DNA of 64,000 nucleotides from Neoechinorhynchus agilis. Taxonomy: Eukaryota > Animalia > Acanthocephala. The notes under the pieces were generated by a model. That model searched no databases and was not told the origin of the DNA. It saw nothing but the letters and a program-made list of their open reading frames with translations. Both the position numbers and the translations under genes were made by a program. This document shows positions 47,325 to 59,727 of this stretch, piece by piece. The stretch covers positions 2,326,389-2,390,388 of the forward strand of contig CM121343.1 of NCBI GenBank assembly GCA_051530055.1, given 5' to 3'. Numbering within the stretch: the stretch's first letter is position 1; every line of letters starts with the position of its first letter.

Positions 47325-50306
47325 TGTGGCGAGTACGTCAGAGGTCCACCAATCGATATGCACGCATGGTGCACGGGGTACAACTAGAAAACAGAGCGCG
47401 TTGGTTTTTGTGTTGAACTACATTGGTGACCCCGACGCTTGTTAGCGAAGCAACAAGATATGGACAGTCAGGCATCGATTCAAGCGGTAAGCATGAAACT
47501 GCCACCTTTTTGGATCGAACAACCCCGAGTGTGGTTCGTACAAGTTGAGGCTCAATTTGCACTGAGGAGCATTACGGCAGACGACACCAAATTCTATTAC
47601 GTCCTCGCAGCTCTGGATCAGAATACTGCCGGACGAGTAATAGATCTCCTGGAGACTCCGCCGCAGCAAAAGAAGTACGACGCACTCAAAGACCGCTTAC
47701 TCGATACATTTTCCTTGTTGGAATACGAGCGTGCCAGCCGGATTCTACACATGGAGGAACTAGGGGACGCTCAACCATCAGAACTCATGGACAAGATGTT
47801 AGGATACCTCGGGAAACACCCCCCTGCTTCTTATTCATGCAGGTGTTCATGGAGCGGCTACCTGAGGATATGCGCTCGGTACTTGTTCACTCCAAGATTA
47901 CGGATCCCCGTAAACTTGCACAAGCAGCCGACGAATTGTTCAGGGCAAAGCGGTCCACCGCGGGATCGATTAAACAAAACACCGATTTCGTATTCCCTGT
48001 CGAACAAACCACAAAGAAGCAAACGGATATTTGCTTCTATCACCAACGGTACGGCAACCGCGCCAAGCGTTGCCGACCACCTTGTTCGATGGCACAAGAC
48101 GCGTTTAAAAAAACTGCTAAGGAAATAAACACGTGCCCCGGTCTTGATTTCGCTTTCGTGTACCTGGATGACATCCTCATCGCCAGTTACAATCAGGCCG
48201 ATCATTTACGCGACCTTAGAGTCCTGTTCACTCGTCTAGCTGAAGAGGGACTGGCCATCAACCTGCCAAAGTGCGTATTCGGCGTAAAGGCTCTTGACTT
48301 TCTAGGTCATCGTGTCAGTGAAGAAGGAACCATCCCGATGCCCAGCAAGGTGGAAGCCATTCGAAGTTTTCCACGGCCAACGACAGTGAAGGCCCTTCAG
48401 GAGTTCGTGGGCATGGTAAATTTTTATTACAACTTTATGCCGGCGGCTTCCAAGTTGATGCGTCCACTATACCTCGCGTTATCACAAAAAACCCCGAAAA
48501 GGATGTTTCTATGGACTGAGGAAATGGATAAAGCTTTCGAAGTTACAAAAAAAGCACTGGCAGATGCCACCTTGCTTACCCACCCCGCCAAAGACATCCC
48601 CATTGCAATCACCACGGACTCTTCCGATTATGCTGTCGGTGCTGTGTTGCAACCGAAAATATCTGACAGTTGGAGACCGCTCGCCTTTTTCAGCAAAAAT
48701 AAAGTACCGTCGATCGAGAGCTGCTAGCAATTTATCTTGCGATCCGGCATTTCCGTTATGCCGTGGAAGGACGCTCTTTGACGGTTTTCACGGATCATCG
48801 ACCACTCACTTTCGCAATAACACGAGTATCGGATCCCTGGTCAGCACGGCAACAACGACACCTGAGCTATATTTCCGAGTATACCACAGACATCCAGCAC
48901 GTTAGCGGACGTAACAATAGCGTGGCCGATACACTCTCTAGAGCAATATTGAATAACGTCGCCGAGGGTATATCCTTTGTAGAGATGTCGCGAGCACAAA
49001 AAGATGACTCGGGAACACAGGCTTTACGAACAGCAAAGACTGGATTGCGTCTCCTTGATGTTCCAATTGGTGATGGTGAGATGACCATTTTGTGCGATAT
49101 TTCAACAGGAAGGCAAAGGCCGTTAGTACCCGTTGCTTGGAAACGCCGCGTTTTTGATGCCGTCCACGAACTTTCTCATCCTGGAATCGGAGCTACGCGC
49201 AAGTTGGTGTCGAGCAAGTTCGTCTGGCAGGGTCTCGCCAAGGACGTGGGAAACTGGACGAAAATGTGCCTAGCCTGTCAAAAAGTGAAGACTCATCGAC
49301 ACGTTAAAGCACTGCCGGAGATATTCGATGTACCTACAAACAGATTTGCACACAAACACGTGGATCTCGTAGGCCCTCTCCCACCTTCTCAGGGATTCAC
49401 ACACTTGTTGACGATAATAGATCGGTTCACGCGTTGGCCAGAAGCGATTCCACTTTCAAAAACCGACAAACTTTCAAGTGCGGGAGCTTTGGTCAGCAAT
49501 TGGGTTTCGCGATTCGGAGTTCCGACGGATATCACCTCAGATAGGGGAGCGCAATTCACCTCCAAAATATGAACCGACATGTCGACCCTATTTGGCACCA
49601 AATTACACCATACGACAGCTTATAATCCATAGTCCAACGGTATGGTCGAAAGGATGCACCGGCACCTGAAAACGTCATTAAAAGCCCGCCTCAAATGTGC
49701 CAATTGGTATGAAGAGCTGCCGTGGGTCCTGCTGGGCATGAGGACATCACCTAAATCCGATTTTGGGACGTCATCCGCTGAACAAGTCTACGGGAGCCCA
49801 ATTAGAGTTCCCAGCGATTTCATTAGCCCTACACCGACACGAGCCAATCAAGGAAACAAACTCGATAGTTTGCGCAATCGGATCCGTTCGTTAGTCCCTG
49901 TACCGACGTCACGACATGGAAATATCTCTACCTACGTCCCAAAAGCCCTTAAGATGGTACGCCATGTGTTCGTCAGGAGTGAGCAGATCGCAGGACCGCT
50001 GCTGCCAGCATACAGAGGACCCTACAGAGTAATCGAAGCAGGTGAAAAATATTTCACGGTTGATTATGGAGGACGCAACGAAACGATTGCAATAGACAGG
50101 CTGAAACCCGCGCATTGTGACCCTTCCTCTACAGTCGAAGCCGACATACCACGCAAGCGAGGACGGCCACGGAAGAAGACTTAGCGGAGCCTCTTGGGGG
50201 GAGCTGTGTGGCGAGTACGTCAGAGGTCCATCGATCGATATGCACGCATGGTGCATGGAGTACAACTAGAAAACAGCGCGCGCTGGTTTTTTTGTGTTGA
50301 ACTACA
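47325..50306 (+). mobile_element. Ty3/Gypsy LTR retrotransposon with both LTRs, 4-bp TSD AGTA, lacking protease and RT N-terminus
   Basis: LTRs at 47325-47422 and 50207-50306 (TG..CA; ~6 substitutions plus a 2-bp indel). AGTA at 47321-47324 and 50307-50310. Gag KLPPFW; RT YLDD; RNaseH TTDSS; IN HVDLVGP, TSDRG, GMVERMH; PPT GGGGGGAG. Confidence 0.95.
47424..47437 (+). promoter_or_regulatory. Primer-binding site complementary to tRNA-Trp
   Basis: TGGTGACCCCGACG lies 1 nt after the 5' LTR and matches the usual eukaryotic tRNA-Trp 3' end (..CGUCGGGGUCACCA). Confidence 0.8.
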
Positions 50307-52635
50307 AGTACACAGTGAGTCGATCAAGTGCGTTTTGTAGATCGTTCCGGTCTGTTGACAGGATTGCCAGGTCGTCCGCGTACAACACTACCCGAGTGTT
50401 GTTGTTTCCCACTTGGCTTGGGAGGTCCGCAATGAAGACGTCGAAAAGGAGATGACTCAACGGGTCGCCCTGCAGCACACCCGTCGACTGTGTGATTGCA
50501 TCCGAGAATTTGATGCCGTCGTGGATCTTTATCGAAAGCGGGTCCAGGATTCGTTCAATTATACCCATGAGCGGGCCATCGAGTTCTTTCCAGAATCTCA
50601 ATCTCTTGAGGAGTAGACCTCAATCGATGGAATCAAACGCTGATTTGAAATCCACAAACAAGGAGTACACCGGTTCGCGTGGTTTCACGTGATTTTTGAT
50701 GTACCTCCTGACTAGCTAGATGGCCTCTATCGTCGATCTTCTCGATCTGAAACCGTATTGTTCGTCCGGTAGTACGCTGGATTCCACGAAGGTTCTGATG
50801 CGGTTGTAGACGAGCGAGGTAAATAGCTTGTAGGTGTGGCTCAACAACGCTGCAACTCGCCACAACTCGGGAAATGGGACACCTTTCCATATTGAAACAA
50901 ACAGCTCTGTCTAGTACCTTCCCATCAGGCTGAAGGAGCTCTTTAGCCGCTCGAAAGAGAGTTCGTCAAATCCGTTGGCTTTGTGATTCGGCTGACGAGC
51001 TAGCAGATGAGCTAGTTGATCCATGCTTGGTGTTCTGTGGACACCGTTGTAGGTTTCATATGGATGCAATGCTCGTCTGGGCGAAGTGTAATGATTTCCG
51101 GGTCGACCAAGTAGATTTTCGAAATGACTCATCCAGGTTGCCATCGGGATAGTCGAGCTACCGGGGCTTCTTCTCCTGTAGGGGTTGAGCTTCCAAGGGA
51201 ATCGTTCAGCTGCTGCTATACGGCTTAATTCCGCGTTTTTGAGGTGGATGTTTAGCGTAATTTTCAGCCGAGCTCTGTAATCTCTTCGTAGTGCGGTGTA
51301 GACGCTCTCCCACACTGGATGTATGTGCCTGGCCCTGTGAGCAACAAGGACCAGAGCTCTCAAATTTCTCAGTGTCGCGTCAAGGTGAACAAGACACATT
51401 GGAGATAGGACTGTAGATCTTTCTCGAGTGGTCTTGATGAGTTCGCTCGATACGAATCTGTAGCTGAAATCAGGCCCAACATCCTTCAGAGCTATTGCAG
51501 CCGTTTCCGAGAAGTTTCGGTGTAGCTTCTCGACCACTAGTATCCGGCTGCGTTGTAGCCGAGGCATGACGGTTTTTCCTCGGGAGCATGTCTCTTGCGA
51601 CCAATCGAACTGGACTGGATTGGGTCCACGCACAAGACTCCATTGCGACTCCGACAGTACACTGCCGTTTACTCGGTCTGTATTGCTGAAGATCAGGTCG
51701 ATCACACTGGAGCCTCTTGGATGGGAGTAGGCGTGTTGGAAGTTTGAGGATCGCAGTAAGAGTCCGATTTCGTTCATAAATTGAAGGAATTCGACCGTTC
51801 TATCCTTGTCGCTTTTCAGGATGTTAACGTTGAAATCTCCCGCAACGATAATACTTTTTGAGCCATCACGAAACGCTAACGCAGATGACAATTCGTCCCG
51901 AGTATATCGATCTGCTCTGTGGTCGCTGCAACCACTGATTCCGAACGGTAAACAAGTTTGCCTGCGAATTTCGGACCAAGTCCGATTACGATTCCACTTG
52001 AGGGGCGCCCATCAGTTCGGGCCGCTGGTGATTCGAATACGTAAAAGCCCCGTATCGCGGAAGGGACTAGTCGCATCGTCTCTGTCAGGACGAAAAGTTC
52101 GAAGTCACACAAGAGTGACCCAACCCCCATCGTTTCATCGTGGTCAGGCCTTCGACGTTAAAAAGCATACCCTTAATCGCGATTCTCGACGGTGCCTGGT
52201 CATCGAGTCATAAAGACTGGTGGTGACTGACCGTAGTTGGCGGTTCCAGATCAATAGGATCCTCAGCAATCCTACCCATGTCGGTGTCGTCCTTCGTGAG
52301 CTGATTAGCTTTGGGTTGCGTTGATTTCGGTGAACGTATTTGAACAATACGGTCGTTTCGGATGACATATCGTTTATCCGGGTTAGCTGAGCGGATTTCC
52401 CCGATCTTACTCAAAGTCTCCTCGGCTGGTGATCGATCAGGATCGATGAAAACGTTTTCGAAACCGGAGACGTTGCGCAAATGTCTGGAAATCTTCAGTG
52501 CTTGGATCACCTCTCCTTCTGATAGGCAGACCAGCAGCCATCGGGGAATGTCCGTACGTTTGCCGGGTAACCGGAGAATGCTATGGGGTTTTACGCCGTT
52601 CATTCCAAGATGCTCGAACATCGATCTGACCGCGG

Positions 52636-52800
52636 CGTCGTCGGTGGTATTTTTCATCGGTGTCTTCGGTTATGGTGGAATCGGTGTCGTGGGTGGTGGT
52701 GGTGGCATTAATGCCGTTTGTTGTGGTGGTATCGAAGCCGTAGGTGGTGGCAGCATCGTTATTGTGGGTGGTGGTGGCATCGGTGTCGTTGGGTGGATGA
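52636..52800 (-). repeat. Second block of the Thr/Asp-rich minisatellite
   Basis: Same units (ggtggcatcggtgtcgt; NDTDATTTH...HDTDST) on the opposite side of the LINE. Confidence 0.85.
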
Positions 52801-53755
52801 AACGCAAAATCGAACTGTTTGCAAGTGTTTGGAAGCCTTAGTGCAATATCAACGTTACAGATCCTGAAATGCAAATTTTGGTGCGAAAAATTTCATCTTC
52901 GAAAAAATGAAGGGTAAATGCAATATTATGAAACTTGCAAGCCGCGAGTTTTGAATAAATAAAATAACCGATTTTGAAATCAGTCGGTAAGCTACTAACT
53001 GTGAAAAATCGAGAGAAGATTATGATCAATTAAAATGACGAATTATGTGCAAGGCACAGATCAATGGATGTGAGATACATCTAAAAATTTTCTTTGGCTT
53101 GTAACTGAGGAAAGATGGAAACCGGGCTGGATACTAAATTGTAAGAAAATTGGTTGAAGAACTAATCAAATAATATGAAATTTCCAAGGCTTTGAAATAA
53201 ATGAAACGGTTGACAATTTACATTTTATTGTTTCTTTTTAAAGGATAATTTTCGATTAAATCGTCCCCCGGACGCTGACCGCATTTCCTCGTTGGATTGC
53301 GAGGGTCCACGAAACAAATACCTTCTAACTGAGTAGAAAGGAGAGCACAAGCTCAATCCAATCACAGACGGATTTCATAGGGAAATTTATAATTATGTGA
53401 CAGAACAATAACAATTGTCATTTCTTCCGGTACTGAATGGTTGACATTTTCCAGTGATAAAATTTTTCGCAGTAAATCCTGCATCTCTAGATTTGTAGCT
53501 TTGAGGTTGTATAATATAAAGATTATTCCTATTTTAATTGTTTTTAGCTTCCATTTAAAATGTAACTTTTCCCCTATTTTTACGATCAATTATTTTAGAC
53601 TATTTTTGCCCTTTCCAAATCATCTCTTCCACTGTTTGATGGTTGAATTGTTCATGCTTCCGATATTTCGGCAAAACCTCTATAAATTGTCCTTATTTGA
53701 GCACTTTACGTGGTTGAAACAAATGTTTATTTTTTTAACCTTCGGGATAATAAAA

Positions 53756-53913
53756 TTACACTTTCGGTGAGAATAATCCCGGTCATTACATATTTTATTT
53801 ATTCGAAATATTTCGCGAGGTATCCTTGCCTCCTCATTCATTGTTATACCTCGCGAAATATTTCGAATAAATAAAATATGTAATGACCGGGGTTATTCTC
53901 ACCGAAAGTGTAA
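53756..53913. repeat. Foldback palindrome: 68-bp arms, 22-nt loop
   Basis: 53756-53823 is the reverse complement of 53846-53913 with one mismatch. Confidence 0.95.
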
Positions 53914-53924
53914 GTTTATTTTTT

Positions 53925-54066
53925 ACACCGATATTTCGGATTTTTACTGTGCCCTGAAGAACTAGTACAACTCCGAAATATCGGTGGCGATTGAGAAATC
54001 AATCAGCTATCTGTCAACTAACTCAGATAAAGGCACGCGATTTTGCCGAAATATCGGATTCAATAA
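53925..54066 (+). repeat. Short inverted repeat plus two Penelope-terminus / hammerhead-like motifs
   Basis: caccgatatttcgga / tccgaaatatcggtg inverted pair around CTGAAGA. gccgaaatatcggattcaataaa is identical to the PLE 3' end at 13979 onward. Confidence 0.55.
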
Positions 54067-55082
54067 ATTTATATTACTTCAATTTTCTGTCATATGAAAA
54101 CATTTCTTTCACTAAAGGAAAAATACCGTTCGCCGAATTCGGAATTTTTAGGCCACTTATCTTTCATGATTGAATGGTTATTAATTTTTAAGAATTTCTC
54201 GGTTCACTTTCCATAGGTCGTCAAAGACGAATGCTCGGCGCTTTAAAACTGGCAAATGATGTAACCACAGCTCTATAAATATTTCATAAACCATTGAAAT
54301 TAAGATTTGACGCACTTGGGAGCTATAATTTTCAAAATAAAGATCAACAGAAAGATATAAAATACTGTTTAGTTCAGTGAAGAAATTCAAGTGAAATTTC
54401 TTAGATTCTCCAAATTTGGGTGTCTCAAATGTGGATTCCAACGAACTTCCCTACCTTAAGAGCAAATCTTTTTAACTTTTATTCTTGAAAAACGTATTAA
54501 TTGTCGATATATCAGCATTTGTGCATAAACTACAGACTTTTGGCTGTTATATTGGCTCTATAGAGAATAATTATTGATCTGAAATCATCCTCTTACACAT
54601 GGAGCACCTATTGTTATTTAGACTAAAATCGGTAGGATAATTTGCTTGAAACACTTAAAGAGGTTGCAGCCTCTAATAAATACTCATTTGCGGTTGCACT
54701 GATCAAAATAGTACATTTTTCGTAACAAAATGATGTTCAAAAGGTTCATAGTGGCATCATAGTTCTGGTTCGGAACTAGCTGCTTTCTTCTATTTTCCTT
54801 ATTGTCGTTTTCTCGCATTTGCAATCAAAGACTCGAGCGTTGGAATGAGGATTAAGAAAGAAGAGAATAACGAATGGATAATGGTCACTGAAAACTAGCA
54901 AAAACTTCTCGTGATTTCTATTCAAGTTCTTTTAGATGCACTCTTAGAGCGAAATATTGCTTTTCCTCCTAGGATATCGCTATCCATTAAGTTCCTTTAT
55001 TATTGCGGATATCTGTTTTTCAATTGAATAGAGCGTGCTTGGACCATTTTTAGATTTCTAAAATTACTTATTAGTTGGTACA

Positions 55083-57203
55083 ATGGCTTCGGTTTTGGAA
55101 GATGGTGCATTTGATAGCCCCGCATTCAGTGATCCCGATGATTACTTGGATGAGGAGCTTGATCAAGATGAAGAGATTGTTTTGTTTAAAGGAAAAAGAC
55201 CCATGATTAACGAAGATGTCGGCAATCTTTTGTTAATCGACCATGTACCCGTCGTTGGTTTGGATAAAAAAGAAAAGTTATTGAAATTTATGAAAGCGAA
55301 AATCGATACTGGTCCACCATATTTGAGCATGGACATGCCAAGTAATGATACAAGTACATTGGGTATCGTGTTTGTTGAGTATTCTACCAATAAGGATGCA
55401 AACGTTGCAAAGCTTCATATCAATGGTGTAAGAATTGATAAATCACATACACTATCAGCTCAAACATTTGATGAAATCAGAAGATATTTTGAGGTAGGCG
55501 ATGATGCCCCTAAGTTGGTTCGTCAACATTTCAAACACATTCATTCAATATACGACTGGATGATGCATGAAAATGCTTGGGATCAGTATAGTCTTGTTTG
55601 TGGGTCCAGTACTGAAATCCATTGGAACGCTATTCCTCGAAATAAGGAGGTGATGAAGCGGGACGCATTTTCTGATCAACCATCTCAGTGGTCACCTAAA
55701 GGCACATTTTTAACTTCATTTCATCCACAAGGCGTTGCATTATGGGCAGGTAATGACTTCGAGCGATTCGCGAGATTTGCTCATACTCGTGTATCCCATT
55801 TGATATTTTCTCCACAAGAAAAATTTATTTTAACGTCCGCGTCGATCAAAATATCTAAAACGTCAGATATTTTTGATCTAAGTATCAAAATCCATGATGT
55901 TATAACGAGTATCGAGCTTTTGTCGTTCCATCTTCTTAACCATACGGTAGAAAGTCCGTATTCAGCCGTGAAGTTCAGCGCTGAAGATCAATACATGTTG
56001 CGTTTGGATCAGGGCGAAGTATTCGTCCACGAGTCAATCGATGGTCAATTGGCAATGATTGATAAGACCAGTATTTTGGGTAGCACTGTACCTGTGGTTG
56101 ATTACGTATTGTCGCCCACAAATCCTTGCCTGATTGCATATTGGACTGCGGAGCGCAAAGACAAGCCGGCTTGTGTTTCCGTGTACGACTTTATAAGTAA
56201 ATTCGAACTTCGAACTAAGAATCTTTTCAATGTAATATCGTGCCATTTGTCGTGGCAGGACAAAGGACAATACTTGTGTGTACAAGTCGATCGTTACACT
56301 AAGATCAAGTACCCGAAAGAGGACGGGGCGGATAAACCCATTTATAATAGCATATATCACAATTTTGAAATTTTTAGAGTCGGAGAACGCAATTGTCCAG
56401 TGGAGAGCTTAACAATCAAGTTCGCTGTTAATCATTTCTCGTGGGAACCCAACGGCGGTAATCGGTTTTTGATAATACATGACAGTACGGAATCTCAGAA
56501 TGGGACTAAACTCCGTGCGACCTTTTATCAAGTTACGGCAGATGATGTACAACAAATTTGCCAATTCGCTATAGAGGTCAATGAAGCTTGTTGGTCTCCT
56601 TATGGACAATTTTGTGTTTTATCTTGGACAAAGGGGCGGATGAGTCAAAAGATGTTTTTCATTGATATCAACGAACAATCAGTCATATACAGTGAAGAGT
56701 ATCCAATGCTCAGTAAAGTCTCATTCGATCCAACAGGCCGGTATGTTGCAGCTTGTTCTCTTGCACAATCGCAACCGTCAGACGCCGGATATACGATTTA
56801 CTCTTTCCAGGGGAAAAAACTTGCAAAACGAAGGATTTATGGTCTAAATCAATTTGAATGGCGCCCTAGGCATCCATGTATTTTAACAGACGAACAATTA
56901 AAAGAAGTAAAACGAGACATGAAGAAATACAGCAGCAAATTTAAAGCTTTGGACGATGTGCTTGCAAGTGCACTCACCGAGGAGCAATCTGCAGCGAGGA
57001 AGGTGCTCACGGACCGCATCAACAGTATCAGAAACACGAATACTAAAAGGCTAAAACAAGAATTTAAAGAAAAGGGGAAATTGAGGCGTGGCGATACAAT
57101 GAAAAGAGAAGATGAGTTCATCCAAGAGGAAATGTGTCAGCTCTTGAGCGCCGATCAAGAAGGTTTTATATTTACTACAGAAAATACTTCAAACCGAAAA
57201 TAA
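55083..57203 (+). CDS. EIF3B: Eukaryotic translation initiation factor 3 subunit B (706 aa, single exon)
   Basis: N-terminal SDPDDY acidic patch, RRM (IDHVPVVG..K.EKL, GIVFVEY, G.RIDKSH), beta-propeller WSPKGTFLTSFHPQGVALW, FDPTGRYVA, FEWRPRHP, then a C-terminal helix. Confidence 0.93.
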   Translation: MASVLEDGAFDSPAFSDPDDYLDEELDQDEEIVLFKGKRPMINEDVGNLLLIDHVPVVGLDKKEKLLKFMKAKIDTGPPYLSMDMPSNDTSTLGIVFVEYSTNKDANVAKLHINGVRIDKSHTLSAQTFDEIRRYFEVGDDAPKLVRQHFKHIHSIYDWMMHENAWDQYSLVCGSSTEIHWNAIPRNKEVMKRDAFSDQPSQWSPKGTFLTSFHPQGVALWAGNDFERFARFAHTRVSHLIFSPQEKFILTSASIKISKTSDIFDLSIKIHDVITSIELLSFHLLNHTVESPYSAVKFSAEDQYMLRLDQGEVFVHESIDGQLAMIDKTSILGSTVPVVDYVLSPTNPCLIAYWTAERKDKPACVSVYDFISKFELRTKNLFNVISCHLSWQDKGQYLCVQVDRYTKIKYPKEDGADKPIYNSIYHNFEIFRVGERNCPVESLTIKFAVNHFSWEPNGGNRFLIIHDSTESQNGTKLRATFYQVTADDVQQICQFAIEVNEACWSPYGQFCVLSWTKGRMSQKMFFIDINEQSVIYSEEYPMLSKVSFDPTGRYVAACSLAQSQPSDAGYTIYSFQGKKLAKRRIYGLNQFEWRPRHPCILTDEQLKEVKRDMKKYSSKFKALDDVLASALTEEQSAARKVLTDRINSIRNTNTKRLKQEFKEKGKLRRGDTMKREDEFIQEEMCQLLSADQEGFIFTTENTSNRK

Positions 57204-57857
57204 ATTTTGTATAACCAGATTTTTTCTATAGTTGCGGAGCTATTGGGTAATTGAAGATTTGATAGCTAATTGATGTAGGATTGTCTTTACTAAAAGTCAG
57301 CGTGCAACTTAAAAGAATTTCAAGTATAAGCATCGTAAAGTTCAGGCTTCACTCACGCTATTTCATGGGTTTTACAGTTCGGCGTTTGAGACTTTTATTG
57401 TGATTTAGTTTTGCTTCAACGGGCCGACATTAAGTCGTCTTCTTAAACATGCTTAGTTTAAGGATGCAAAATGCAGATACTCTCGGATCCTTCATGTGTA
57501 CTCGAAAAAACCAGTAAATTTCATCGAAATATCTGCGCAATTTATTACTCGTGAAGCGGAAATCGCGAGGAAACGAACAATTGTGAACTTGCGAAATATT
57601 CAATAAATTGAGGTGTAAAATAGGCTACCACCAACACTGCATGTAGTGTGATCCGCGCATCTCAAATGTTTTGCTTCAATGGTCACTGCGTTGGTGTTAT
57701 TTCATCCTTAAAGAGTTTCCATGTAGCAGAGGACAATTTTTCTTCAATGCAAAGGTATGCAATGTGAGACAAAGTAAATAATAACAAGTTTTGTTAAAGA
57801 GAGGAATCATGTACCTCTGGGTTCTCGATAAATGAATGTGATTGTCTACTTTGGAAT

Positions 57858-57950
57858 GGATGACAGATCCGGAGGATGACGGATCTGGAATTTGGAGTGG
57901 ATGACGGATCCGGCGGATGACAGATCCGGAGGATGACGGTCGAGGACGAC
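57858..57950. repeat. ~16-bp tandem microrepeat (ggatgac[a/g]gatc[c/t]gga)
   Basis: About five imperfect units. Confidence 0.75.
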
Positions 57951-59727
57951 GAGAGAGAGGTAAATTTACGAAGGATGAACGTTTTAGATTCGCAACCATT
58001 ACTGTAGATGACGATGAGGAATTTAAGTGAAATAATGCCGGTAGTTTTAAATTGCCCATAAATCACAAATCCGTCGGTTATTATTTTAATTAGTGTGGAA
58101 AAGATTGCAATTCTGATTCCGTTTGCACGTTTTCCGCCGTTGGTTGAGCAGGAAGCTGCTATTTTCGAGTTTCGTTCAATCGCTTGAACAGTGATTTTCG
58201 GTGAGAATGTGCATATCTATTATTGACTAACTTCTATTTAAAGCTTACGTTTTTGCAATTCGAATTTCTATTTTTAAACAAAACGAAGATAACTGATTCG
58301 ACATAAGACCGTAAGTTCATTTTCTAACACCATTTAACGAGCTCTGTCTCTTCCCAGTTGATACCAAGTTAAAAGACTGACATAACAACGTGAAAAGACA
58401 TTCCTTCAGTTAGGTGCTATTTGATGATTTCAAAATACTGATCGATTTCGCTAGCGAACTCTCACTGCGAAAAACAGCTTTATAACTTTCTCTATTATTT
58501 CGAAACTATTTACAACCTCAAGAATTCCGACGAGACGGACGAAATATTGTGAAAGGGCAATAATAAATCAATAAAAACAAAATATAAAAATATTATAGAG
58601 ATCAATTTCAGAAAAAATTAACTTTTCAAACCCACTCAATAATGGCGATTTTATGTTTAGAGGGCAATATATATCATTTCCATTATAGCATTCTTTATCC
58701 GTCGATCTCCATAAAAAACCCGTCGCTATTATGCACAAGTTGCAGTTAAATTTTGTTCGTTGGGAGCAGTTTCGGTGTAACTGTTGGAAACTTTTCTACG
58801 TATCTTACAGAGTGTTTTTCAGGGAACTGTTATATTGTGCCCCGGGCAACACTTCTATCTTTAATTTTGTACTTAGCAAACCAGGTTTATCTACAGGTAT
58901 AGCGTAAAATGGAATCGAGAGGCAAACGTGAGGGGAGTACTTCAATGATATTAAAAAAAGGACCGTTTTACGCTTGAAAACAACTTTCATCTTAAACTTT
59001 ATCCGAAACAATAAATTACTCACCATACCTCGAGTTATATGCGGTCAGAAATATCGTAAAATAAGAAAGGGACATAAGGAAAGATTAAACTGTAGATTCA
59101 AATAATAAGCAAGATTGAACGGCTTCGTACAAAATAACTCATTCTGTCGTGTGAGGAGTCTGTCTATTTTTTTTGTGTAGCTAGACAGTTGAAATCTAAA
59201 TGTTTGCCGAAAAATCTCGTACAAAAAGGGTGCGTAACGTTCGTTCCTTAAACCAAAGGAAAATTCTGAGGAAATAATCTACAGGTATGCACTCTTTCCT
59301 TTAATAGTTTAATTTAATATCCGTGGGCTTATTGGGTTATTTGTGCTGATCGTGCACTTTTTAACGAAAAATATCGGATTTGAAGTTTTTGTTAGCGAAT
59401 GTATCGTACACTTGTAGAATTTATGCCGCCTGCGATGGCGGTTTTGCAATAATGCAAATACGGTTCAGAACGAAGGCATAATTTAAGAGAGATTTAGAAA
59501 TGCCCCTATGGACATCAGCGGATGGACAACAATGTGCATACAGGCAACATCAATTGCAGGAATCTACAAGATTATCATCTGATCGGGCAAATAGGTAGTA
59601 TTTTTAACCTCCCATCTAACGCTTGACTCATCCAGAGTCTTAACTAAGGCGTGCATGCAAGAAAACGGGGCCGCCATGCAGCTCAAACAATGGAAAAGTT
59701 GAGCAGGAAAGAGAACAATTTTGGCGT

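Larger units (their letters stand above)
46872..52635 (-). mobile_element. APE-RT LINE (ORF1 C-terminus + ORF2), split by a Gypsy insertion at 47325-50306
   Basis: ORF1 NVFIDPDRSPAE; APE VLTET, IVAGDFN, SVIDLIF; RT YGFRSRRST, FVDFKSAFDSID, GVLQGDPLS, LYADD. LDRLTVY|CEKNRL is rejoined across the Gypsy. C-terminal Cys/His motif, then AATAAA at the 3' end. Confidence 0.88.

Noticed and set aside
57400-59050. Possible minus-strand multi-exon gene between eIF3b and the PP2C
   Set aside because: Trial splicing hit early stops and no homology was recognisable.
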